Below, one piece after another: positions 34,185 to 47,157 of a DNA stretch of 64,000 nucleotides (the first letter of the stretch is position 1; each line of letters opens with the position of its first letter). Source of the stretch: Lingula anatina. Its lineage: Eukaryota; Animalia; Brachiopoda. The stretch lies in assembly GCA_051362555.1 (NCBI GenBank), contig CM120642.1, forward strand, positions 30,256,001-30,320,000, written 5' to 3'. The notes beneath the pieces are model-generated. The model had not been told where the DNA came from, did no database searches, and saw nothing but the letters and a program-made list of their open reading frames with translations. A program made the position numbers and the translations under genes.

Positions 34185-36658
34185 CCCAGATAGCAAGCAT
34201 ACGTTGGGCCAACGTTGGGCCAACGTTGCCTTGGTTTACCGTGCAACGTTGGCCCAACGTTGGGTTTCCATCTAAGTGCTCACTTTGGCCAACGGTTGGC
34301 TGAACGTCTTTTTAATGCCAACGCATTGCCAACGTATTCCCAACCAAACTGCGTTGGCCCTACATTGGGCCAACTAATAACCAACATTGGTTCAACAATT
34401 ACCCAACCTGTAACCAACAGTGTATTGACGTTGGTTCTACTTATAACCAACGTCAGTCCAATGATTTCCCAACCAAACTGCGTTGGCCCTACATTGGGCC
34501 AACTAATAACCAACATTGGTCCAACAATTTCCCAACCTGTAACCAACAGTGCATTTACGTTGGTTCTACTAAAAACCAACATCAGTCCAACAATAACCCA
34601 ACAAATAATACAAAAAGACAACAAAGAAAATTTTTATAAAATGTTATAATATTGTATTTAAACATTAATAAGTGTGTCTTATATCAATTGTTACATGATT
34701 CACATCAAGAAAAAATATCAACAGTCCTATGACTTTTCACTTATTCCTGGAGTCAAGGCATTTTTCTACTAGTAAAGTCTTTTTTTGCCTCATTTCAATT
34801 TTTAAAAATATTTTCATTAAATTGAATTTTAAACCAGAAACCCTTGTTAATGTCAGGTAAGATGCTTTTCATAAGTTACATGTCAAGTCTATAAAATCAC
34901 AGTCTCTTCCTTCAGGCAAAATCTCAGACATTGTCTCTTTAAAAATCAAGTCAGTGGTCATATGAGTTCAATCTTTGTGTTTTTTCTCTCTTTCCTGTTC
35001 TGCACCTGTGTGATCTTTGGCAAAGCACAATTAGTTGGATGTATCCTCAATATATTTGTCTAACCAGTCACAGAAGAGTGTGCTGCACCTACAAATTTAA
35101 ATATTAAAAACACTTGAAATATAATGCTAGAATTGGTATGGTACATAACATGACTGTACCTCTTCCCCCATCACTGTTTTCATATACAAACTAGTGCTAG
35201 TAGGTGTGTATTATATGATAATGTCCCTACCTTTTCTAAGTTAGGCAACAGCCAATATCTTAACTATAAATGTGTGTGTCTTGTGTGCAGTAATTTATAG
35301 CGATTTATTTAAATTAGTTCTTACGTGTACACTTGGCAATGAATTCAGTTTTTAGACAACTGTAATGTACCACTAAATTCCACACCATTTAATCATTCCA
35401 ACAACTCTATCACATAATTTACTGGCCAGGATTCATACAGACACATAAGAACAATTGGCTTCCAAGGACTTTTAAGGCTCTAATTCAAATCATTTTCAAT
35501 GATTTTTAACTAATGAGGGCAAGTTATACATGAATACAGTTATTTTAAAGTGTACATAACAAAGGAAAAAGGACTCATTTCATTTAAACTTTGTCTTTGT
35601 AACACATTGATGATGAAAAGTTGAAAATAAAAGTACAAGTAATGATGTATTAAAATGTAAGGTATACCCCCATCTGTGAATCATTGTCTGTATTCATGTC
35701 AATAAACTACAAAGTTTTAAATAATATTTTTACAAAGACAAAATGCTGAAATGCAAACCTTTTTCAAGCCTAATAGCATTTTCAAGTACTTTTCAAAGTT
35801 ACATTTAAACTAGTCCAAAGTGCTGAACTAAATTTGAACATTTTTCAAGGCTGTATGGATCCTGGTGCATCAGTAAATAATGGGAAAATACACAATTAAA
35901 AAGTCACTTACCAGTACATGCTCACTTCTTATCCTGTCTCTTTATCTCTTCATTTCCAATTTCCAAAAAGATGTCTTCTTTTTATATCCAGAAATCAATG
36001 CTTTCAGTCGTAATTCTTGCCTCTTCCTTAGAACATTTCTGACCTTCTGGCTTAGATTTTTGAATTGGCTCAACTGACCGCGCGCGCTTAAGACTGTGCT
36101 ATGTATAGTTATTTGACCTGTTTGAGCAGGCAGTAGGCAAACTGTTTATATCAAACTGACAGTTAAGATAAACACCTGGCTTGTAATGAATCTGGTCCAG
36201 TGAAAGTTACCGGTTTACTTTAATCAAAAGTCAATTGATGCTAACTATAAAGTTTAAAATTTATATATTGTACAATTGTACATTATAATAAGATTTCAAT
36301 CATTTGTCTGATTTCAATAACAATAATAATAATAGCAATAATAAAAAATATGTTTCACAGCATTATTTAAAAATATAAATCTGTTCACTCAATAGAAATG
36401 AATAATGTTTCTGTTATAATTAAAATATTTCTGTATTAATTAAAATTGGATACGTTGGCCCAACGTTAGGCCAACATATGCAATAAATATACACACGTTG
36501 GCCCAACGTTGGGCCAACGTGAGCATATTGCAGTTATGTTGTGCATATTATGATGTGGTTGGGCCAACGTTGGGCCAACGTATTACTACCAACGCCAACT
36601 ATGTGCCAACAAACCAACGATTCCCCTACGTTGGCCCAACGTATGCTTGCTATCTGGG
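34185..36658. mobile_element. non-autonomous EnSpm/CACTA(CMC)-like TIR transposon, 2474 bp
   Basis: perfect 31-bp TIR cccagatagcaagcatacgttgggccaacgt; 2-bp TSD ct; many subterminal acgttgggccaacgt near-palindromes; internal ~130-bp direct repeat (~34337-34596); no transposase ORF. Confidence 0.85.
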
Positions 36659-37223
36659 CTATATGTAAAATAGCAGACCAGAAGAAATCCCCTCACCCAG
36701 GGGAAAGAAGAGCACTTAACACTAAACAAACCAGCTTATAACAACCAGCAAGTTGCATCCTCTAAATGGTTATAAATTTATTAAATGAGTTTGTAAGAAT
36801 CCAATTCACCCCCCTCCCATTCCCAGCCCTTTGTTGTCTAAACTGAAGAAGTTACATGCTCTCATTAGCAGCCCACCACCTGTCAATGTCATCGATTTCT
36901 CCAGTGCAATAACATTACTTAGGTGTATCAATGTCAATGAAAAGGCGATCAAAAAGGACAACAAAACCCGCACGCATCCGACAACCCATAGAACATGATG
37001 CTGTTGTACATGTCCAACTACACTGTATTTAGATGCTCTTACTACTAAAATATCACCCTGTGCAAAAACCCAGCTGTGCGTCCCACATGTATTGTAAAGT
37101 GGTGGACGCATATAGGCTATTTTTAGCTCTTTGTGTGTTGTAAACAAGCTATGCACATATAGATGAGTCACAGTAATCTTATGTTGTTATTATATCGTCT
37201 TCTTCCAAATGCTATGTACTCAC

Positions 37224-37305
37224 CGGTTGTAGTGCGGCCGTGGTATCCACCATTATCAGCCTCACTCTCCATAACTGGTTGAAATTCGCCCTTTTTAGAT
37301 GCCAT
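37224..37305 (-). CDS. stomatin paralog 1 distal alternative first coding exon
   Basis: MASKKGEFQPVMESEADNGGYHGRTTT + G|gtgagt (consensus donor, phase 1, joins exon 2 in frame); CpG-richer context. Confidence 0.65.
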
Positions 37306-37339
37306 AGTATTGCTCTGCTTGCTCGCTGTGTGTGTGGTC

Positions 37340-37470
37340 GCACAATAAACGTGTTACAATTGTCGATTGACACCCAACCGACACAGTTTCGCTCTCATTG
37401 GCAAGAGCAAGGTCTATCGATTATGGCGCTGTTCCAAGAACTGCTACCACTCCACTCACGTCATAAAAGC
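37340..37470 (-). promoter_or_regulatory. candidate distal promoter of stomatin paralog 1
   Basis: CCAAT (attgg ~37397) and CRE-like TGACGT (acgtca ~37457) on -, upstream of the distal ATG. Confidence 0.35.
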
Positions 37471-37959
37471 ATTTGAAGGCCTATTCTGCCCTCTTTATTT
37501 AGATCTTGGACATAATAATTATTTTGTCCATGTTTAGATCATCCTCTGCGTAATTTTTGTCATTTTAAATTATGTTAAAATCGGAAAATACATATGTTCA
37601 GTCAATACATTTAAATGAGAACTCTTATAGCTGTTTTACATGTGCACGTGGCAATAAAATTCTCAGTCTGTAGGCCTACTATTTACTAATTTTACATTTA
37701 GTCTTGTCTTGACAGTCAACAAAAAAGAAAAAACAAAATTTCAGTGATATCTCCTTGCATACGGTGACGAAGTACTCTACTTATAAATGCACGTAATTAT
37801 CTATTTATGTAAACATGCATGATGTTCATTTATATGCTCATTTATTTGTGTAACGGTGGAGTTAGATCTTTATCAAGTATCTCCATAATTATACCTTTTG
37901 CGTGAAGGCGAATAAAAAATCTGGATCTGGCAATTCTGATGTCGTTCAATGCAACCTCT

Positions 37960-38107
37960 CAGGGCCGTAGCCTGAGCAAAATGCCAGGGGGGGCAGTAAG
38001 CGGACACGAGGGGGCGAAGCTACCGAGGGGGGAGGGTGTGGTGTGTAAAATTCCAAATTCCAGGGGGGGCAGCTGCCCCCCCTGCCCCCCCGGAGGCTAC
38101 GGCCCTG
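37960..38107. mobile_element. hAT-like MITE with 5-bp TSD
   Basis: 14-bp TIR cagggccgtagcct / aggctacggccctg; TSD cctct on both sides. Confidence 0.75.
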
Positions 38108-39859
38108 CCTCTATATCATTTTTTTCATATAATGACGAATAATTAACCTTTTAATTCTAATCTCTATCTAGTTTTAAAACATTGAAAAAGAAAATTATGA
38201 AAAGAAAAAAGAAAAGAAAACGAATAGCCCTTGTACAACAGTTTAATTCATGAATTTGAAAAACCTTTCACTGTAACAGGTTAGATACCGGTAAATATCA
38301 AATAAAAATATTGGACACTTGTGCCAGTAGGTTCAAAATGTAAAAGAGGTACAAAATTGGCATCATGTTTTGCCTCTGCCAGCATGACTTCTTGCCGCCG
38401 TGTTTATTGAAATTGTTTTTTTTTTTTTTTTTTTTTTTTTCATTTTATGAATAAAACAAAGCAGTGTTAATTATATTTGCTTACTCGATTCATTACAAGA
38501 GACTCTGATTGCTATATGCAGATGAGAGACAGTATTTGATTTAAAGTATGCTATCCGCGTTTGAAAATGTCCTGGAGTCATATTTCTAGACCATATTCAG
38601 TGCAAAGCTGTTTATCATTCTCAAGACCTTAAGAAAAGATAAAACTCCTGATGTCGATATTTCTTTATGATTGAAAAGTACAGATTGAGAATGACGTGGA
38701 GTTCCAAGTGACTGGTCAGCAATTTACAACTAAATTTTTCAATTAAAAATTGTATAAGTAGGCCTAATCATATCCAAGACCTTGCTTAGACAGGCCGTTT
38801 TGACGAGATCTAGGAAAGTATGCTTTTGAACTTTACAGGGAACTGTTTTCTCTATGAAGAGCTTGCAAAAGTATGTTAAAAACTGGTCGCGATTGGAGTT
38901 GGAGACCCTCAAAGTTGTGAGCAAAAGGAAGCATTGCACATAACGAGCAAGGCCAGAACACTACATTTGGAAACTTTTAAAACTTTCTTTTTAACTTTCG
39001 GCTCAAATGTCGATGAAACAAAAGATCTGGCGCTCAGCATCCTGACCAAAGATTCGCAAACGCAATCTTCTCATTGCATGAGCGGAGAACCCTTGCTGCC
39101 GTTCAAACACATGCAGCTGTGCTTGTAGTATTTTGAAGCTGTTCATACTTTTTTAGGACAGTAGTTTCGTAAATACATGTCCAGGTATTACACCCACCTG
39201 TATAAGGCTTACACTTGACCGACTTTAGCAAAGGTGGATCGAGGATGAGAAGCAGATTTTACTTTACCAGCAAAAAATAATAAATAAAAAAGGAAGAGTA
39301 GCTCATTCTTTGGAAAAAACTGAGCGTGGATACATGTAGTGTTCCAAATGACACAAAGCAACTGTTTGAGTAAGCAATCGTACCAAGTAAATATCAGGAA
39401 ACTATAAAACGAATCAAATATGAATTAAGGTTGATTTGAAGACGCCATTAGTTAATTGATATTGATTGTGCCTTTAAATTTTTTCAGAACTAATCCAGTG
39501 TCAACTGGACATTAATCTGGGCATTTGAAGTTTATCGCCCAAGAGCAATTTGTAAAATTTTCATGGTTTTTATTAACATTTATCACCGTTTCTTGCCTTT
39601 GGCCTGTCTAGATTTTCTTATAAATAACAAAGTTTGGGTCTAGATTTAATGTTTTATGAATTCCATTACAATTTTTACAAAATCGACCTGATTGTGCATA
39701 GTTTTTCTTTTTACTCTGACAAGTTAAACAAAATATACTTAAATGAAATATACATATAAACTAGGAGTCAATAGCCATAGATCCATACTGAGTCCTAATA
39801 AATAAATGAGAAAAACTGGTAACCGCAGCACGGCACCTCCACATTGCTGTCACAACTAC

Positions 39860-40031
39860 CGCATTGTATTCTGATTGGCTGTTCCCAAATTATTTAAGTC
39901 ACATGATATAGCTAGCGACACAAAATACATTCTGCGCATTCGGGCATAACATAATAGGTGTTGGTGTACGATATCTGGTCAAAACAAATTTGGAAATAAG
40001 GTCACCGTGATCTTATCATTTCGTACAGTAC
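39860..40031 (+). promoter_or_regulatory. candidate promoter / 5'UTR of stomatin paralog 2
   Basis: NF-Y box ctgattggct (39871-39880); E-box gtcacatgat (~39898). Confidence 0.35.
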
Positions 40032-40137
40032 ATGTCTGTAGGCAGTAACAGAGTTACACCGGAACCAGATACACAGAACCTAATGGCGAGTTACGGGAGT
40101 CGCGGGGAAGTTAAAGACCAAGTTACGATTATTGGAG
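40032..40137 (+). CDS. stomatin paralog 2 exon 1
   Basis: [35 protein letters not shown] + G|gttagt; phase 1. Confidence 0.7.
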
Positions 40138-43100
40138 GTTAGTACTGTGTCTGTGGTCACTTGATAAAATAACCCTCGATAAATATACACCTATACAAAC
40201 TGCGAACTCGTCTTTTGTTGTTTTACAAGCTCCAGAGACTGTGGCTTATAGGAGAAAGAAGGGCGTCGTCGCTAGGCGGTGTTTGAGGATTATCTCTTGA
40301 ATGCAAACCTCAAATGACGCGAGTTCACCGACAGTCTTAAAATGCTCTGCTCTCTCTGTTTTAAAAAGGATTGAATGCTATAATCATTATTAAAAAAAAA
40401 GTATGTGTATGTCTTTTTCTGTTTTGTTTAAATATATTGTGTGTGTGGCGGGGGAGATGCACGCACTGCTCTGGAACACTGTTTTGATGGAACGAGCCAA
40501 ATTTCGAGCCCGTTATGCATAATTGATCAGCTTAGCATTAATGATTGCGAAATAGTCATCGACGTTCCCAGACTTTTGATGAGAGAAAGAGGTCTCTTTT
40601 GCAATAGAGACTGTATTTTAACTGAAGTCCAGGTTTCGTAATATCAACCAACAATACAGAGCAATTGTTATTAATCATATTAACTATCAACTGATTAATT
40701 TATTTCACCCAAAATACTTTACCAATTTAACCAGAAAAATTATTTTCACAGGTGATATCTAAAAAACATGACCCCCCTCCCTCCCACACACACTCAAAGA
40801 AAATAATCAATCTAATCATATTTTATGAGTACTTTTTAGATTAGTAGTAACTTGTAGGTTGACAAAATGGGATGTATTTGTAACTATGAGTGAGAAATAA
40901 TCTTGTGACCAGTAAAGCCTAGCATTTATGATTGTGAAATAGTCATCGACGTTCCCAGGTTTTTTGATAAGATAAAGAGGTCTCTTTTGCAATAGGCACT
41001 ATAATGTTATTAAGTCCAGATTGTGTAATATCAACCAACAATACAGAGCAATTGTCATTAATCATGTATTTGATTTATATGATCGAAAATACTTCTACCC
41101 ATTTAACCAGAAAAAAATATTTCCACAGGTGATATCTATAAAACATGACCCCCTTCTCTCCACACCCACACACTCAAAGATAAAAAACAATATCAGTCCA
41201 ACAGAATTTTATTAGTACTCTTTAAATAAGTAATAACTTGTAGGTTGATGTAGGATAACAGCATGGTATTTGTTATTATAAGTGAAAAATAGTCTTGTGG
41301 CCAGAAAAGAAGAATTAAAGGTTAAGAATATTTGTAATACTAGTTTATGATAACATGCAAACATGCAATTGTCAATATTTAGAAGTACAAAGATTTTGGC
41401 ACTGCCACCTTTGACACTTTAAATTTTATTAATCTATTACTTATTTTATTTTCATTTGATTTTTTTATTTTTATTTTATTTTATTTATTTGTTATTGCTA
41501 TCTTTTCAATTAAAAACATTAAATTAAAAAAATGAAGTGTCATTTGATATTTTAACTTGTATCATCCCTTTCATTGCTAGTGAGTGAATTTCTATGTAAA
41601 TATGTGGTAAACATTTTTGTTTCACAATTTTTTCATCAATTTATCTTAGGACAAGAAGTTGAGGAGGACATAGGCTGCTGTGGTTCAATACTTGTGTTCA
41701 TATCATGGGTGCTGGTTGTCTGCACATTTCCATTTTCTCTTTGTTCCTGTGTGAAGGTGAGGATTTTTTTTATAAGAAACACTGGCTGATGATTGATGAT
41801 TGAACGGAGGACCACACCCCCAACACACACACACGCATGCGCACACACGCACACACACTGTTCCAAAAATATAGATGTAGTTAAATCTTCAATTTCTATG
41901 AGTAATGATATCAATCAAATTATATAATAATGTTCAAGTTCATAAAATGTAAGGAATAAACAAAATTGCAAAATTGGATCGTTAAAAGAAACTGTATGTG
42001 ATTCTGATTCAAAAGAAAAATGTTGACTTCCATTTACTTGGTACTTAAAGACTATGATCACTATTTTGAGATTCAAATTTTTCTTGTCAAGGTAATAGGG
42101 GCACTGTTTTTTCACTGTGTAGCACCCTGTGTGAAAAGTGTACTGACTGGAAGTTTACCCACTATTCCACTGTTAGCCAGATCTGGTTTAGTTTCTAAGT
42201 GACAAGAAAATCCATTTTTTATCGTGGCATTTTAAATTGTGTAAGCCAAAATTGCGAAGTACAAGTATGGATTTTCGGACTTGAAGTCAGTCAAAGTATA
42301 ACAAAAAACTTTCAAGCTAGATTTTAACAAAAAATTCTCTTTATCGAACACAAGCCCATGATGTATGTACTTAACAGTGACCTAATGTTGAAATCCCCAC
42401 TCCAAATCCATTATATAAGCACAGCACAGTCAAGCAAACACTATACACTACAATAGGTGGTCATATGTTCTAATGGAAATACCTCATCTGAAAAGGATCT
42501 TTATTTGACTTTTATTGATAGGTGAGAGTTTCGCCGGTCAAAAACTGTTACTGGCTGGACTTTGTTTTGTTTGTTGGTAGCTATGGTCAAACGTGCTTAC
42601 TACTAGAGGTTAAATGAGCAACTCTGTTTACAAAGTATGAGAAGGCTGACCGTATGACCATCACTAGGTGCTTAAACACTCATCTCATTAGTCTTTTTAT
42701 CAATATTTTCTCTACATAAAGAAAAGAAAAGATCTAAATGTATGATCAATAATTGATTTACTTAAATGTTTATAGTATTGTGGGACATACTTAAGCAGTT
42801 TTCCAGACTTGTCACATTACTACAAAATTAAAGACTATTCTATTCTATATCTACAAATGATGAATTTTAAATTTGTTTGCGATTTTTTATATCTTAAATG
42901 GCATGCAATATAGTATCATAATTTCAACCAAAAATATTTTCCTGGGGTAAAGGATAATTTTCCCCAATGGTTAAAGAAGCCATTCCAACATTCAAAGTAA
43001 ATTCCTTTTTTTTTATCTTAAAAGTTTGCTTTATTGTAATAACCTCTAGAGATTATTACAGAAGATGGCAATTTTTGAAGGTTTTGTGGTCCATTGGCAA

Positions 43101-46100
43101 CCACGGTTTTCAGATTTATTGTGATAACTGCCATTTTGTTGGTAAAATAGAATTTATTACATTTCTATCATAGGAGTTCTTTACAATGTTTTATCGTGAA
43201 ATATGGATATCATACAGAGTTGTTATCTCTTAAACATATCATGAAGTTAGCACTGTGCTGGTATTTGCAATAAGGACCAAAATAAACACCTCTCACATCT
43301 GCCTGTGTCTGATGTTACTTTGCCAGTCATTATTTCTATACATAAATGTGTACATATTATCCCCATTCTCTTCTTTCATCATTACTTCCTTAAATTCATT
43401 TTCTATCATCTGTAGGTTGTTCAGGAATATGAAAGAGCTGTAATATTTCGCCTGGGTCGCCTGGTGGGAGGAGGTGCCAAAGGACCAGGTAAGAAAGCTA
43501 TATGAGATTGAACTTGGGGTGAATGCAAGGGTAAAGCACAGGGGTAGCGCTAGCAATTTTTTTTCACTTAGCCAAATCATTTTTTTTATCAATTTGTTAT
43601 CCAAATGGTTATAATTTGACTAAAACAAGTCAAATCGAGCCCTTTTTGTTTAGTGTAAGTGCTACCCCTGAAAACAAGACTTATTGGTTTGGACTGTTCC
43701 TATAGTGTATATGGATACATGGTGAGGTTAAAGCTGCAGCCGTTTCCCCCCCTTTTATTTTAAGCACCATAGTCATAACCTGAAGATGTTACAGTATTAT
43801 ATAAAATATCTATTTAAATACAGATTATGACACAAATAAGTCTATATATGAATTTAGGTTACATGTTTTCTGTAGTTTTTCTTTGGAATTATTTTGTACA
43901 CTAAAGCCAATTTGTAGACAAATAGACATAAGTAGTTACATTTTTTCCATACTTAAAGTAAAATTGATGAGTTACCTACAGGTAGATGAAATAGATATAC
44001 ATGCAAAATAGAGGTGATAATTATCAGGGCTTGACACTAACTTTTTTCAATACTGGCCCCCCGATATTGGTAAATATTGCAAAGATTATTTGGCACATGA
44101 CATTTTACTTGCTCTTGGGCCAGTGACCTCAGCGATTCAATGGCCCTAGGTCGGTTTTCAGTGGCCCAGGAGCCTGAATATCTCCACTTATTCTCGTAAA
44201 GCATAGCAACAAGTGCTCTATCTGACTTCAACTATGGTTTGACCAGAAAACGACAGTCTGCATGCCACTGTGCTCTATTCTGTATCCATGCCACTTCAAT
44301 GAATATAGAATGGGCAGTCTGTTGTTTTTGCTCGATCCATGGTTTAAGATACAGATAAATGCATAGCACTTTAATACAGAAAAAATAATTCATATAAGAA
44401 TTCTCTCGAAGTTCATTAGACATTGACATTGTGTTATAGATGGAAGGGGAAATAATTAGCCTTACCAAAATCACTATTCTAAAAGCTTTTTTTTTCTTTC
44501 TAGAAGCTCAAACAGGTAAAACGTGTAAACTGTGATGTGCAGCGATCCCTATGCTTATCTGTATATGTACTACAGCATAATAGAATAAAATTACCCTCTA
44601 AACTGAACATACTTTTTATGTCAGCATTCGTCAAAAGTGGATTTTCTCGAGGCATTCTTTATACCATGTTGACCATTTGTTAACTTTTTTCTGACCATTA
44701 AATTCCTATTAGGTACACAGTGTATGCTTTCCAACCTTTTGATATTGTGGTTTATTGAAGTCTATTTTTTGTAATTTACTGCATTTTGTACCTTTTAGAG
44801 ACATGACTTCTGTATCTAGACATGCGCAAAATGTTAAGATTCATTTCATTCAACTATATTAGGTTATATTTTCAAGTTATAGGAAAACATTGAAGAAAAA
44901 CTGAAAAGTATGCTTTCGTCCCAAAAATGCCTGTGTATTTGTTGCCCCTTTTCATTTTTCATCATCAAGAATATTAAATGCTACAGTGAAATTTTGAAAA
45001 AAAAAAATGATTTTCCGTTTTGTTATTTCCAAAGAATCACACTTTGCTGCAGGGTTTGGATAACATGCACAGATCATTATATTGAATCGTCCTGTTTCCA
45101 ATTTGTCATTTTTATCTAAGGTAGTAGAAAGGGTTATAGCAGTTAGACTATTTAAGCATTTAGAAGCAAACAATCTTGTTGAGGAAATGCAGTCAGCCTA
45201 CAAATTCAATCATAGCACAGAATCTGCACTTTTGAGAATTAAAAATGATTTGTTAAGTGGTGTTGACAAACAAATTGCTATGTTATTGGTACTGTTAGAT
45301 TTGTCTGCTGCGTTTGACACAGTAGACCATAATATTTTATTGACATTTCTAGAGCAGAGTGTAGGGGTTAGAGATAAGGCCTTAGATCTTTTACGATCCT
45401 ATCTTGTTGGGAGAATGCATCAAGTTAATATAAATGGTGTGCTTTCTGAACTCTCACAGCTTTTATTTGGTGTTCCTCAGGGGAGCGTGCTTGGCCCGCT
45501 TAAGTTTTGTGTTTACACCTTACCCCTTGGAGCAATTCTGCGTTATCATAAGATAGGTTACCACTTTTATGCCGATGATACCCAGTTGTACACATCTTGT
45601 AACATCCATGATCCAGCATTGTCTGTGAACACAATTGTTGATTGCATATCAGACCTCAGAGGTTGGCTCATTTCAAACAAATTGAAGATAAATGATGGAA
45701 AAACAGAATTTTTAGTCATTACTCAACCCCACAACAAGGGCCTTGCTCATAACTTGCAACTTAAAATTGGAGCTAGTATGGCATTTTCCTCCCCCCATGT
45801 AAAAAATTTAGGAGTATACTTTGATTCTACACTTTCAATGGACAAACAGATCTCCAACATCACAAGGTCTTGTTTATTCAACATTCGGAATATTGGTACC
45901 ATAAGGAAACATCTGAATCAATCTGCTGCTGCTACTGTTATACACTCATTGGTAACTTCCAGGCTAGACTATTGCAATTCTATATTTTATGGATGTCCAG
46001 ATGATAAGATCAAAAGATTACAACGCATCCAGAATATATCAGCACGGCTTTTAATGCTACAGCCTAGGGATTGCCATATCACTCCAATTTTAAAGCATCT

Positions 46101-47084
46101 GCACTGGTTACCAGTTAGGGCCAGAATTTTATTTAAGGTTTTAGTTTTTACACATGCTGCTTTTTATAATCTAGCTCCACCATATATAACTGATTTAGTC
46201 AAACATTATAGCCCTCAAAGATCTCTGAGGTCTGGTGACAAACTTTTACTGAAAGTTCCAAAATCAAGGTTAAAATCATATGGTGACATATCATTTTGTG
46301 TAGCTGCACCAGTAGAGTGGAATAAGTTGCCAATTTTTATTAGACAAATAGAATCACAAGAATCTTTTAAAAAGGAATTAAAAACTCATATTTTTAAGAC
46401 ATTTTATTCATGAATCTTAAATTTTATAATTTTAAAGAAACCTTGGATTTTTTACTTTTAATTACTGTTTATTACAATTAATTAAGTTAGTTTAGCTCTT
46501 ATTTATATAAAATATATCTTAACCATTTTTATCTATAAACTTCTTTGTATTTTATGTTGTACAGTCTATTGAACATTTTATGGATTTTAGACTTGAAATA
46601 AATATATTATTATTATTATTATTATTATATAACAGCCAGCTTTGTGTTACCATGATGTGCAGTTTAATTTATTGCTACAAATGATGAATAATTGCTACTT
46701 ATGTACCGTAACATATTTTGAACACAGTGGTGATTTAAAGAAAAACACAAGTAAAAGGTTAAGGCCTTCATTTATTAATTTGATATGTAATTTTTACTTG
46801 CAGGAATGTTTTTCGTGCTGCCTTGTATTGAGGATTACACCAAAGTGGATCTTAGAACTGTGTCCTTCGATGTGCCACCACAGGAGGTAAATTTTCAAGA
46901 CAGTCTGCATCCTAGACCTGATCTGAGTACAAAGATCTCTATAAACTATATCAAAAAAGGGAGTTGATAATATACTATGTTTACATCCCCACAGCAGCAT
47001 TCCAAACATTCACCTGCTTTAAAACGATTGTATTACCGTTGTGACTTTTCCATATTTATCATGGTGTCATAGTCAGTCCACCAG

Positions 47085-47157
<73 letters not shown>

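Noticed and set aside
34215-34649. 144-aa and 114-aa ORFs with internal repeats
   Set aside because: They coincide with the palindromic subterminal repeats of the TIR element; no transposase motifs.
38700-39130. Coding-looking stretch between the two stomatin promoters
   Set aside because: Short frames with stops, no recognisable domain and no convincing splice pair.
45082-46413. RT ORF as a host gene or a retron/DGR-like system
   Set aside because: Typical LINE ORF2 C-terminal half, 5'-truncated with a simple-repeat tail; no accessory genes or template repeats.
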